From NCBI RefSeq assembly GCF_000315625.1, contig NW_005434669.1, positions 283,238-347,237 of the forward strand: DNA of 64,000 nucleotides, given 5' to 3'. The stretch comes from Guillardia theta CCMP2712 (taxonomy: Eukaryota; Protista; Cryptophyta). Shown here piece after piece: positions 49,701 through 61,664 of the stretch. The notes below the pieces were generated by a model. The model worked only from the letters and a program-made list of their open reading frames with translations. It had not been told where the DNA came from and ran no database searches. A program made the translations under genes and the position numbers. Every line of letters begins with the position of its first letter. The stretch's first letter is position 1.

Positions 49701-51322
49701 TGTACGAGGTACCACAAAATTAAGAAAAAAGAATTTGAATCTTCGAAGCCAACCTGTGATTTATGCGGGAGATGAACATCTTTGGCTTTCAACTTTGTGA
49801 GATGTGGCACGAGCACAACCAAACCTGTTGTGCCAGTCCAGTGCCTAAATTGGAATCAGAATTCTACAAGATAGACCCAGGAACCAAAGATGGGACATAC
49901 TCAGGATCCAATGCCGCGTCGTTCTCAGCAAGATCAGGGTTGTCTCCATTGCCGAAAATTGACTCCACGAAATCGAGGTTGGCAACCATACTTGCTGGAA
50001 CAATGAAGCGCACCTAGCTCACTCTCAAACAAGAATTTACAGAAAGCAACCATTTACCTCGTGAGATTTCTCTTCAATGAAGCCTTGTACCTCGGGGCAG
50101 GCAAGAGGACGGAGTAGCAATGAGGCAAAGATCTTCGTCTTGTTTGGTTGATTGGCTGTATACGGGACCACCATGAGTTCCTCAGGAGGCCTCAAAGCAC
50201 TTTCTAGAATGGCCTTGAAAGTTTTCTTTGGTACGGCCTACGGTTGCCATCAGCGTCCTGAAGTCTCACTTTGTAACGGCTCACCTTTTTGTCACCCGAA
50301 ATAGGGAGTCCACCCTCGACAACATGGAAAACACCTTTGGTCGTTCGCTTGTCGCTCTTGGGATTGTGAACAACTCCTTGTGCAAGTCTGTATGAAGTGA
50401 TGTACTCGTTCTGGTAGATATCCTCCCCCTTTGGCAATGAGAGAATACGAGTCAAGCCATGGCGATCCAGTTTAAGCTGTCTGACAGGCAGTCTTGGCGA
50501 GCCACCTACGTCAGACAGGAAGTCATCCAGCCAGTCTTGAATACGCTGATCGGCTGGGCACAAGGACCTCCCTTGGTTGATGAGTACGTGCTGCTGCTCT
50601 TGATACGCTTTCAAAATGGGTTCTACAAGCCTCAGGAACCCTTCTTCCTTAGAGGACGATTCAACGGGAGCAGAGCCACAGGCGGCAAGCTTCAAGTTCA
50701 CGTAAGCGGTCATCAACGGATCCTTGGACAAGTCCTACGAGTCGGAGTCAGAAGGGAAGACTTTGTGATTGGAGACTCACATCATCTTGACCAGACTTCA
50801 TGTCGTTAGACACTCCGATTGAATGCATCTTCTTGCTCTTCATGGACTCTGGATCGGCACGCTGAGCATCAGTCTTCTTGGTTGGCGCATCAGAGTTCGC
50901 ATCGATGAAGCCTTGCGACATTACTCTCTGTTGAACGAGAGGAATAATCAGGGAAACGAATGTACTCACACCTCTACTAAATCTTCCTCCCTCCCTCCCA
51001 TACTTTTCTGGCACCACCTTTCTCTCTCCCCTCCTCTCTCTCCTCCTCTCAGGCGAGATCAGAGACGATACATGAACATTCCACCATGCAGAAAGGTGAG
51101 AGGATGGCTCACCGCAATGTTGAACGCGCCCTTGCGCTTCTGCGGAGCAGCAGGATGGCCGTAGGCGGCAACACCTTCGGTGATGTCTCCTCCACGCATA
51201 CGAAGCACATGTGGTTGAGAGAGACGGGAGGGAGTAGTGGATGCAGCAGCATCGAGGGCCATGCCCATCAACGCCACGAGCGCTGCTGCTGCTGCCGGGG
51301 AACAACGGAAGGATCCCTGCAT
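46724..51322 (-). CDS. PPi-dependent phosphoenolpyruvate carboxykinase (PEP carboxytransphosphorylase) with N-terminal signal + transit-like presequence
   Basis: YVNLKLAA, HNPKSDKRTTKGVFHV, IADNYFGYCKKEVKTQ, EEEHSG, HKPATVSGGGKSEISK, FRLFQRPDEAIHRGYDK, TGKSPSTTGAGSEGALTKGPFN, HDISLLVPEVW, GTIGVDP. Terminal exon of about 2.5 kb plus several 5' exons. Confidence 0.92.
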
Positions 51323-52775
51323 TGCGGCGGAAGCGACAAGGCGGAGGCGGACAGTGGTTTTGGGGATGTAGAGATCGACAGGCTCGGGGTGGGGTGGGAT
51401 TCGAGTCTGGGATTCGAGTCTGGGTAGGGTCGTATCACGGATAAGTTAGAGGTGGGGTACTCAAGGCTCTCCCTGGGAAACAATGGGGTGGTGCCATTAT
51501 TACCTATCGTATCTGAGATTGAAGAGCAAACGGGGTAGGGGTTATTCATCTTGAGTGGGTGGGGTGTATCTGAATTTCAGGGCGCAGCTGCGAGCACCGG
51601 TACAAATAGAGGGATGAATAGGGTGAATCAAGGAAGGGTACACCTCTGTATCCAGTTCAAAGGGGTTGTGGGGTTGTGGGTGTCTCAGGGAGAGATCCAA
51701 GACTATAGCTTCTGATATTAGAGCAGTATACGATAATAAAGTGATGTAGACCCTATATCAATTACCCCCTTTTTAGGACAAGTTCCAGGGGGGTGGGGGT
51801 CAACAAGTATTATCAAGTCGACCACGATTTAGTGCGACTGGCTGGCTGTAAAGGAAATTGAACTATCAGATGGGGTAGGGTGGGGTAAACTATGATTTAT
51901 TGAAGGGCATATTTACTCAATCACAATTATTTCCTTTATTCAATTTGAATATTTCAAGGAAAATGTTCAATAAATCGAAATATTATGGCAACGCGTCTGC
52001 AATGACGTGGGGTCCATCAGACGGAGGTGGATCTACCAGGGGGTAGGAATTGAGCAGGACGATGTGTGGGGTGGGGTGTGGGTCATTTTTTCTGGAGGCA
52101 GGGGTGGGTAGAAGGTATAGTCAGCACCAAGGGTCGCATTGTTGGGGTGCAAGAGGATAAATTACCACATAGGGATTCCTGGATCCGGAAAAGCTCAGAG
52201 CGGGAGGGAACAAACAAAGTAAGACGGAGGTAAAACAAAACCATCTGGTCTTATTTTCAAAATCTTATGAGAGAATTTCGCAGAGTTCAGTAGTCCATCT
52301 CAAGTACACCATGTATGATACAACCCTCCTGGAAATATGAAACAACACATCATCCCTACCCCCAGATATTCGCAAGACTCTGGCCACCCCTGTTGTGAGA
52401 GGATAAAAAAATCACCCACGGCTACAACCCCCTTCTGCAGACCTGGTAGTATTTAAAAAGGTTTTAAGTAATTGGTACATAATCGATGGGAAAATAGTAG
52501 TGATTTAAATCACATGAAATAAAATAATCATTTTTAAATTATATAAGTTCATACAATCATGAGTATTATTTATATCATGGGTATTAATTATATAAGAATA
52601 ACTATATGAATTTTAAACATGTTCACAGATAGGGATACGTATCAGTACTGAGGCGCCAACAAACAGTACTATTGAGATTTCTTTAAGTACAGATATGAAA
52701 AGTACGAGCTCCGCCAGTACCAATTTTTATAATTTACTTTTTGTAACTGGAATCCCCTACTACGACCAGTCAGGG

Positions 52776-55095
52776 ATGTCCGCAAGCGCTACAGTCATGG
52801 CGGCCATGGCGCGCGCTTGCCTCCTGCTCGTGCTCGGCATGCAGATGGTGCATGCAGGGTCCATGTGGTCCAAGGTAGAGATGGCTCCTCCTGACCCTAT
52901 CCTCGGGGTGGCTGTGGAATACAACAAGGATCCATCCCCGAAGAAAGTGAACTTGGGGATCGGGGCGTACAGAGACGACAATGGGAAGCCTCTTGTGCTA
53001 AAGTGTGTGAGGGAGGCTGAGAGGAAGATTGCGAATGATGAGAGCATGAACAAGGAGTACTTGCCCATTCAGGTGCATTGGAGATCTGATCCTTGCTTGC
53101 CTGCTGACATCGGATTTCTCTTGCAACCCTGTTTCTACTGTAGGGGCTCGAGAGTTTCCTGTCTCAGACCTCCAAGATCATCTTTGGCGATGAATCGCCT
53201 GCGATCAAGGAACAGAGGGTGGCGGTGGTACAGAGTCTCTCGGGGACAGGTACTCCCTGCGAGCGGGTCGCTGGTCGCCTGATGGATGAATGACAGGCGC
53301 ATTGCGACTGGCTGCTGAGTTCATCGCTCTGTACTATCCTACAGCGACCGCATACATCAGGCATGGCGCATAGATGGAGCCGATGATGATGTGTGACGGC
53401 ATGTTGCAGTGACCCTTCGTGGGGAAACCATCACACCATCTTCAAGAAAGCGGGTCTACAGGTGAGTTGCCCTCGACTTCAGTCACAGAGGTTTGACCCG
53501 AGGGGTTTCAGACAAAGACGTACAAGTATCTGAGCCCAGACATGAGTCTTGACTTTGATGGGATGAAGTCGGACGTGCAAGCTGCACCCAAGGTTTCAAC
53601 TTGCGCGCATGATGTTGGTGTCTGCGTGTTGACATGTCGCTCAAGGGCTCGATCTTCATCTTCCACACCATTGCCCACAACCCGACGGGTGTCGATCTTT
53701 CGCATGATCAGTGGAAGGAAATTGCCAAGGTGCCGATGACTCCATCTGCCTTTCCATCGCCTGACACTTGAACAATAAGGTTTGCCAGGAGAAGGAACAT
53801 ATCATCATCTTCGACACAGCTTATCAGGTACGTCTGGTTGCACACGTGAACGTCTGACGCCCGATTTCGAGTGATTTTTGCTGAATGCTTCTTGTCTTGT
53901 CTCTAGGGCTATGCTACTGGAGATCTCGAGAGCGACGCGTGGGCCGTGAAGTACTTTGCTCATGAGATGAAGATGGAACTCTTCGTGACCCAGTGAGTGC
54001 TGACGTTTTCTGCGACCTCCCTCATCCACGTCGCTCGGGTGAGTTCTTGGGCAGATCATACTCTAAGAACTTCGGACTGTACGGAGAGAGAATCGGTGCC
54101 CTCAACGTTCTTTGCAACGACGCTGAAACGGCCGTCAAGGTACTACCACACCTTGAGCAGCGAACATGGTGTGGTTTGACTCTTCCTTTGAGGCATGACC
54201 TGGTTCAACAGGTCCAGTCACAACTCAAAGGAGTGATTCGACCGATGTATTCCAGTCCGCAGGTCATCTCTATAGCAAACCCTGCCTGCATGACTGATGG
54301 CGGTTGCAGCTCCATGGCGCAAGGCTTGTCTCGACCGTTCTCTCGGATAACAAGGTGAAATGGGAGGAGGTTGCAACTAGATCTACTAGAGTGACACAGT
54401 CAACAGCTCAAGGACCTATGGAAAGTTGAGCTCAAGCAGATGTCGCAGAGAATCACTGAGATGCGATCTGTAATGATCCTCGCTCCCTCCCTCTTCCTTC
54501 TTTCCTCTTCCCTCCCTTGCATCCTTGCTTCCATCCCACCTAGTGCTCTTCCACTCGCTCCCGTCCTCTCTCCTAACATCTCCCCTACATGGTTGCGGGC
54601 TACTGACTATCAATAGGCTCTTGTCCGAGAGTTGACGGCATGCCAATGTCCGTTCCCCAACGAGAAGTTCTCGAGCTGGAACCACATCGTCAAACAGGTG
54701 GGCAGCAGCTGGACATAACGAGTGGATTGGTTGATACTCAAACATCATGCTTATCTCTCCACTTAGATTGGAATGTTCGCCTACACGGGGCTCAGTGCGC
54801 AGCAGTGCGCTGTTCTGACACAAGAGCATCACATCTACTGTACATAACGATCTCTGTTCTTCCACCTCTCATTCTCAACCTCGCAGGTACCAAGAACGGG
54901 CGGTTCTCCATGGCAGGAGTCAACCCAGGTCTGTCCTGAGCATTGCACAGTTGTCCAACTTTGCTGCCTCACTGTCATGGAAACGACCTCTACCATTTAC
55001 TCGCTGTTTTGTTAAAGTTTCTACTGATACATGGATTAGGAAACGTCAAGTACATCGCGGAGAGCATGAAGCATGCCATCGAGTCTTGCAAGTGA
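52776..55095 (+). CDS. Aspartate aminotransferase (class Ia) with N-terminal signal peptide, more than 10 short introns
   Basis: [66 protein letters not shown]-lysine motif [25 protein letters not shown]. Confidence 0.96.
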
Positions 55096-55356
55096 AGTAG
55101 GCGGTGAAGGCAGCATGGAACCTAAAGACCAGCCCATCTAAATTCTCAACACGATTCACAAACTACAAGATTTCCACACCAGCAGTCCTCCAAAATTAAA
55201 GAGAGAATTTACAAAAAAAAAATTCACTTTTCCTTCGGGTTGAAAGAATTTCCTCCCGCCGCAGCTCTAAGATTGATGGAAAAGTTATTCATGTCTTCAT
55301 TCATTCAGTTGAATTGAGTTGAGTTCATTTCACCGCTGTCCAGCAGACTCCGTTCC

Positions 55357-57590
55357 TCATGTCTGCGCATGCAATCAATCCACTAAGATTGCCTCCTCTC
55401 CGCTGTCTCCCCCGCCCTCCCTCCCTCCCTTCCCTCCGTCACCTCCCCTCCCTTGCTCGCACATCTCATCCTCCAGTACCTGACTTGTGATCGTCTGGGA
55501 CTTCTCGCCTCCTGTTGCATCCTGTCCGGCAGCTCCGGGGCCGGCAGTGACATCTGCTGGAGGGGCTTTGGAAGCATCCGAGGGCGCGACAGCAAGTTGA
55601 GTAGCAGCAGCAGCCCCCGACTGGGGGGCTAGAGACTCGCTCGTCTTCGATGGCAGCGCAGCAGCGGTAGCGGCAGCAGGATCTGCTTCCGGCGCGGAGG
55701 CAGGAGGAGGAGGAACTAGCACAGAGGGAGTAGACTTGTCTTGCTGAGCAGCCTCGGACTCCTTGCCCTCTCCCTTGTCAGCCTTCTTTGCTCGCGGTTT
55801 CTTGGCCTTGGCCGGCGTCCCACCAGCCTCCCCGTTGGCTGCCGCATCCCCCTCCTTCTTCGCCCTGGACTTGCGGGGTTTCTTCTCCTTGCCCTTGGAG
55901 GAGGCGTCTTTCTCTGCAGGCGCAGGCTGAGAGGACGAAGCTCCGGCGGGTTTGCTGTCTTGGAGCATCTGCGCCTTTGAGCAGTCAGTGAAGAGGAGGA
56001 GGAGGAGGAGGTGGTGGTGGTGGTTGAGGTGGTGGAGGAGCGAGTTGTTTCGAAAGGAAGAGAGGTAGCGAGGTATAATTGGAGGGATGGGGAGGGGGGG
56101 GGTTACGGATGCATAGGGAAGTTCAGCACAGAAAGGAAGGGGGGAGGAGGACCATGGATTGCTGCTGAGGAAACTGTTGCTGCTGATTTGAGTTCTGGAT
56201 ACCAAGAAATCAATCTTCAGACGAAGATGGGAGATTGAGAGGGGAGAAGACGAGAAGGGAGAGGAGAGGAGAGGAGAGGAGAGGAGAGGAGAGGAGAGGA
56301 GAGGAGAGGAGAGGAGAGGAGATGAGTACCTGTTGCATCTGCGACAGGTGATACTGCAGCTGTTGCGTCTGTTGCCGCTGCTGTGCCAGCAGCTGCTGCT
56401 TCTGCTGCTCATGCTGATGCACGAGCATGACCCGCTGGACAGCCTCGTCAGGGAGAGGAAGTGGACGAGGGAGAGCAAGATAGTGAACAAGAGGAGCGGT
56501 CAAGAGCAACAAGGAGAAAGGAGTGGGGACAGGGATGAGAGTGAGAACGACGACGAGGATCACGAGGAGGAGGAGGACAAAGGGGAGAAGGGGAGGGGGA
56601 AGGTGGAAGGGGGGGTGCACAGAAAAGACTGACCTGGTGTTGGTATTGTTGCATCGCCAATTGTTGGTTCTGCTGCGGCTGCTGCTGGACAAAGTCCTGG
56701 AGACGCTGGAGTTCCAAACTTTGTTGCTGGAAGGAGGAAGTAGAAGAGAGGAATCAGCAAGACAGTGGAGGAAGAGAAGAACAAGATGAGGAGACAGATT
56801 CGAAAGGGGGGAAGAAGACAAGGAAAGAGCAGAGGAGAGAGGAGAGGAGAGAGAAGAGGAGAGAGAAGAGGAGAGAGAAGAGGAGAGAGACGGGAGGAGA
56901 GAGAAAAGGAGAAAGGAGGGGAGAGGGGAGGAGAGGCGATCGAGCAAGTGATGGAAGCAGAACAATACCTCCAGAAGAATTTGCTGCTGCTCGAAGTGAG
57001 CTTGATCCAGCTGTGACATCGCATCCTGAGCCTGAGACAAAAATCATCCACACTGATCCTCTTCCTCCTCCTCCTCCCCAGCCTCCCCAGCCTTCCCAGC
57101 CTCCCCCTCCTCCTCACCTGTTGCTGAGGGGCCGACTGTAGTGTCCCCGACTGGGCTATGGAGGTCGGCTGCTGCTGGAAGCTCTGCTGGCCACTCATCG
57201 TCTGGCTGGAGGGCAGCTGGAGGTTGGAGCCCAGCGGCTGAGACCCGAGCTGAGGCCCAGCAGAGAAGAGCTGCTGCTGGAAGCTCTGCTGGGAGGGGGT
57301 GGGCTGGTTCTGCTGGGAGGGGTTGGGCTGGTTCTGCTGGGGCTGGAACGGGGAAGAGACGACCTGGTTCTGCTGGGGCTGCTGGAGGGAGTTCATGATC
57401 GGAGGGTACGACTGCAGCTGGGGGGACTGCTGGAGCTGCTGCTGGGGTTGAGCGGTGGGAGCAGGTGACATCAGCTGAGGCTGCACGCTGGGCTGCGGGG
57501 CAGCTGTGAAGGAGGTGGACACAGGCTGCTGCATGGCGAGGCTTGACATCTGCAAGAATACGAGTCAGGAAGAGGAGACTTGAAGGTAGG

Positions 57591-57635
<45 letters not shown>

Positions 57636-59014
57636 GGAAAGGCATGGAGCAGGCGATGGGTACCGGAAGCTGGTTGTTGGCGAACGATGATTGCTGTGGA
57701 TAAGACTGGAGTGGAGAAAGTGAGAGGGAGCAGGAGGAGGGGGGTCGGCATCAGGCATACCATCTGGTTCTGCTGCTGCTGCATCGCCTGCATCTGCTGC
57801 TGCAACATCTGAGTCTCTTGGGCTTGCTGGCTCTGGAGCTGTTGCCATGTTAGCACAAGGGGGGGGGAGGAGGGAGGATGCTACCTGCTGCATGTAATGC
57901 TGTTGCTGCTGCGGTGTGTAGCCCTGTTGCTGCATGACTGCTTCAGCTGACATGACATCCACCTTGCGAGTTATTCCTCCACCAATACCATCATCATCTC
58001 AATCATGGCCAGCGTCATGTCCATCAGCTGCAACATCGGCACTGACCTGGCATGCATGTTGAAGTTGCATCTGCTCCTGCATGTGCTTCTGCTGCATCTG
58101 AGAGGAATGGATGAGAACATTGATAAGAGAACGAGGGCTTCTTCATTGATGGATAAGTGGAAGCAAGTAGCAGCAGCCATGGGAAACCACGAGCAAGAGC
58201 AGGATAGCAAATAGCAAGGGGGCAGAGAGCGGGGGAGCAGGGAGCAGGGAGCAAGGCAGGATGCAGGAGCAACGGGACATGAACAAGACAAGACAACTAG
58301 GGCTCATCTCGTGTTACCTGCTGCGCGTACTGCAACATCATCGCCTGTCGTTCACTCTGAAGGGAATCGAACAATCAGCCAGACAGATCAATGAAGAAGA
58401 GAACAGTACGGAGGAAGTGAGGGAGGTGGGAAGGGGGAGGGAGGAGAGGCAGGCAGGCAGGTAGCTCGACTCTCTACGTGACAGCACCTGTGAAGCTCCT
58501 TGCAATGCACTTGACATCTGCGATGGAGGAGTCAGACGCGTGGAAGCGGCAGACCATCTCCGACAATACCGAGAGAGAGTTGTTCGACATCTGGTTGCCC
58601 GGAAGCTGCGTCGCCATTGAGGTCTGCTGTTGAATCTGCTGCTGCAGCATCTACAGGGGAGGAGTTGGAGGGGAGGGGGAAGGTCAGACTAGCCTTTTCA
58701 AGCAAAACAAACATCACAATCATCTGCATGCAGTACTGCTGATGGAGCTGCTGGGAATGATTCTGGTAATCCTGCAATAGCAAGCAACCATGTCAAGGTG
58801 GCCCACGAGGTCTCGTGAAGCTTCACTGTACACCTGTGACGAGCACTGCAAAGTTTGCAAGGAGTGGTCCAGCTTGCGCTGCTCCTGTACATCAAGGATG
58901 TCAGCAGGAGAGACAAGTTGGCGCAACTTTAAACCTGGAAGAACTGCTGCTGCAGATTCTGAATGGCCAGTTCCGCCTGCTGGTTGATGCTCGCGACCGT
59001 CTGGAAGGCAACTT

Positions 59015-59066
<52 letters not shown>

Positions 59067-59672
59067 GATAGAGAGACAGACAGACAGAGGGAGGAGGAGA
59101 AGGGAGAGCAAGATGTAGAGCAAGGGACAGAACAGGAAGAGGAGGGAGAGAAGGTGGGGACACATGAGCAAACGATCAGAGGGATCGACAGGGCCAAGGA
59201 AATGAAAGGGAGAAACAGGGATAGTGATGGAACGATGAGATAAGGAAAGGATCCCGCAAGCGAGCAGCAGGGAGGAGCTGCAGGGGTGGGACGAGACCTG
59301 CTGCTGGGTCTGCATGGATGGCTGCAAGTTGGTCTGCATGGTGGGCATGGGAGTGGACAGCTGCTGCATCGGCGTGGAGAAAGTCGGCTGAGGCGGCAGC
59401 GACGTTTGAGGAGTTTGAGGCGGCAGAGCTGCTGGTGGCTGCGATGTCGCGGGCTCTTCCTCCTTCGCCTGACAGCTGGCGTGAGAACGCGAGAGGGACG
59501 GAGGGGAGGAGAGGACGGAGAGGAGAGGCGAGCGGAGGAGACAGGGGATAAAGAAACAAGTTTGAGGAAGAGAGGGCAGAGGGGAGGGGTAGGGAGGGGA
59601 GGGGAGGGGAGTTCAAGCCGAACGAAGGAGGATGGGAGAAGAATGAAGGGCAAGGTCCGGGGAAGGAGAGAA

Positions 59673-59757
<85 letters not shown>

Positions 59758-61664
59758 AAGGGTCAGGTTTCTGTCACCTTCTTTGACTTTGACTTTTTGC
59801 TCTTTCCTTCTTTCGATTCATCCGACTTGCTTCCACCTACAGTGAACGACGATGAGGCTGGCAAAGGAGCAAGAACGCCCTCCTCACCCTTGGCAGAAGC
59901 ACCCTTGCTCTGTTTCTTGGCCTTCTCCTGCTTCTCCTGCTGCCCACTTCAGTGATTGATGCAAAGATTGGGGTCAGGTCCTTACTTTCCCGTCAGAAGC
60001 TGCATTCTGTGGCTGCGGGGCTGCTGCGTTCTTTGCATCCACTTGCTGAAAGAGAAAATTTGCTCAGAAAACTCATTAACCACCGATGTCGTGCCTCATC
60101 GTCATGTCCATCACTAACATGTTCATCATCCTCTACATTAGAGGCATCTACATCATCAACAACTACACCTAGCAAGCAAACATCCAACATTTACACATCA
60201 ACCCTGCATCATCCATCGTCGTATCAACTGCCACCTCAATTGTCATCGTCACCATCATCTCCATCATCATCATCATCATTATCATTATCATCTCCACCAT
60301 CATCATCTCCATCTCCATCTCTATCATCATCATCTCCACCACCACCACCACCAGTCGACGATTATGTCTGTCTATCACATTCTTGCTCTTCTGCAGTTGC
60401 ATCTCCAGCAGCGCTGTCATCCTCGGGTCTCTTGCATCTTGATTGTTTCCTGGCAGCATCGTCAACATTCCTTTCGCTGCACAGACGCTCCTCCCTCTCA
60501 CCTGAGTTCACTCCCACCACAGGGTTTCCTCCAGCAGTAGCTGGAGCTTGAGGCAGCGCTACTTGCTGCTGCAGATCAGCCGCCTGCATCATGATCAAAC
60601 ATCTTCATCGTGCCGAAAGCACAAGTGACATGGTTGCTGCTGGATTTCTTTCCCGACTCTTGATCTTCATTGTCATCTGACTCTCAATCATTTCGGCAGA
60701 ATCGAATCCTGCCAAGGCATCACCTGTTGCCTTAGTTCTCCTCTTCTTGTTGGAAGGTTTCGACGCTTTTTCTTTATCGCCTGCATTATGGGTCATGAGC
60801 CATGTCAGGGAGACACATCGAGATGTAAAAGGAACGCTCGTTTAGAACCAACAAGCTCAACAAAAGATTCGGCAAATCAGTGCGAATGGAGGTGGCACAA
60901 GGAAAGAGACAAAAGTGGCGAACTATAAACATCAAATGTTTCACCTTTCTCCTCCGTTTGAGTTTTCTTTTTGGATTTCGAACTCTCCGCCGCATCGTTG
61001 GAGGCTTTCTTGTTTTTTTCTGCTTTCTCCGCTCCTTCCTTCTTCTTGCTCTGCTTCGCTGGCGGTTTTGAGCCTCGCGAGTTAGGACTTATCTCTTTCC
61101 CGGGCTTGCCGGATTTTGATTCCTTCTTCTTGGTGTTGTTTGATACTTTTTTCTCCTCCTCTTCCTCTTCCTCTTCCTCTTCCCCCTCCTCCTCCTCCTC
61201 CTCCTCCTCCTCCTCTTCCTCCTCCCCTTCTCCCTCTTCCTCGCTCTCCTCTCCCTCCTCTTCCCCATCCTCCTCGTCCTCGTCCTCTTCTTCCTCTTCT
61301 TCCTGTAACACATGACATTCAGAACGATCGAGCGAGCGCATGGTGTCGCCACCTCATCCTCCGGCGCCTTTCTCTTCTTGGAAGAGCTCGAAGACTTCTT
61401 GTTCTTCCCATCATCCTTGCTGCCAGGGGACCCCTTACTCTTCCCTGCCCTCTTCGGGGCCTGCTTCTTAGGAGGCGTCAGGTCTTTCTTCGACGACGAG
61501 CCTCCTCCCTTGGGGCTCTTGGGAACAGCTTCCTTCTTCCCTCCCCTCGAAGGAGCTCCCTTTGACTTGCCCTTGCTCTGAATGATCGCCTGTGTCTCCA
61601 TGCTCTCCCGCAGTTTCTCCGATGGTTTGTAAGGCGACTTTGCTTTTCTGCGCGGCAATGGCAT
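55357..61664 (-). CDS. Long low-complexity protein: Lys-rich, Glu-rich, then extensive Gln/Met/Pro-rich segments; possibly more than one gene
   Basis: Exons MPLPRRKAKSPYKPSEKLRES..., poly-E, MQQQGYTPQQQQHYMQQ, QQQPVSTSFTAAPQPSVQPQ and KEKKPRKSRAKK, separated by GT-AG introns. No folded domain recognised. Confidence 0.6.
59676..59751 (+). repeat. (GA)n microsatellite in an intron
   Basis: Seen directly. Confidence 0.97.
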
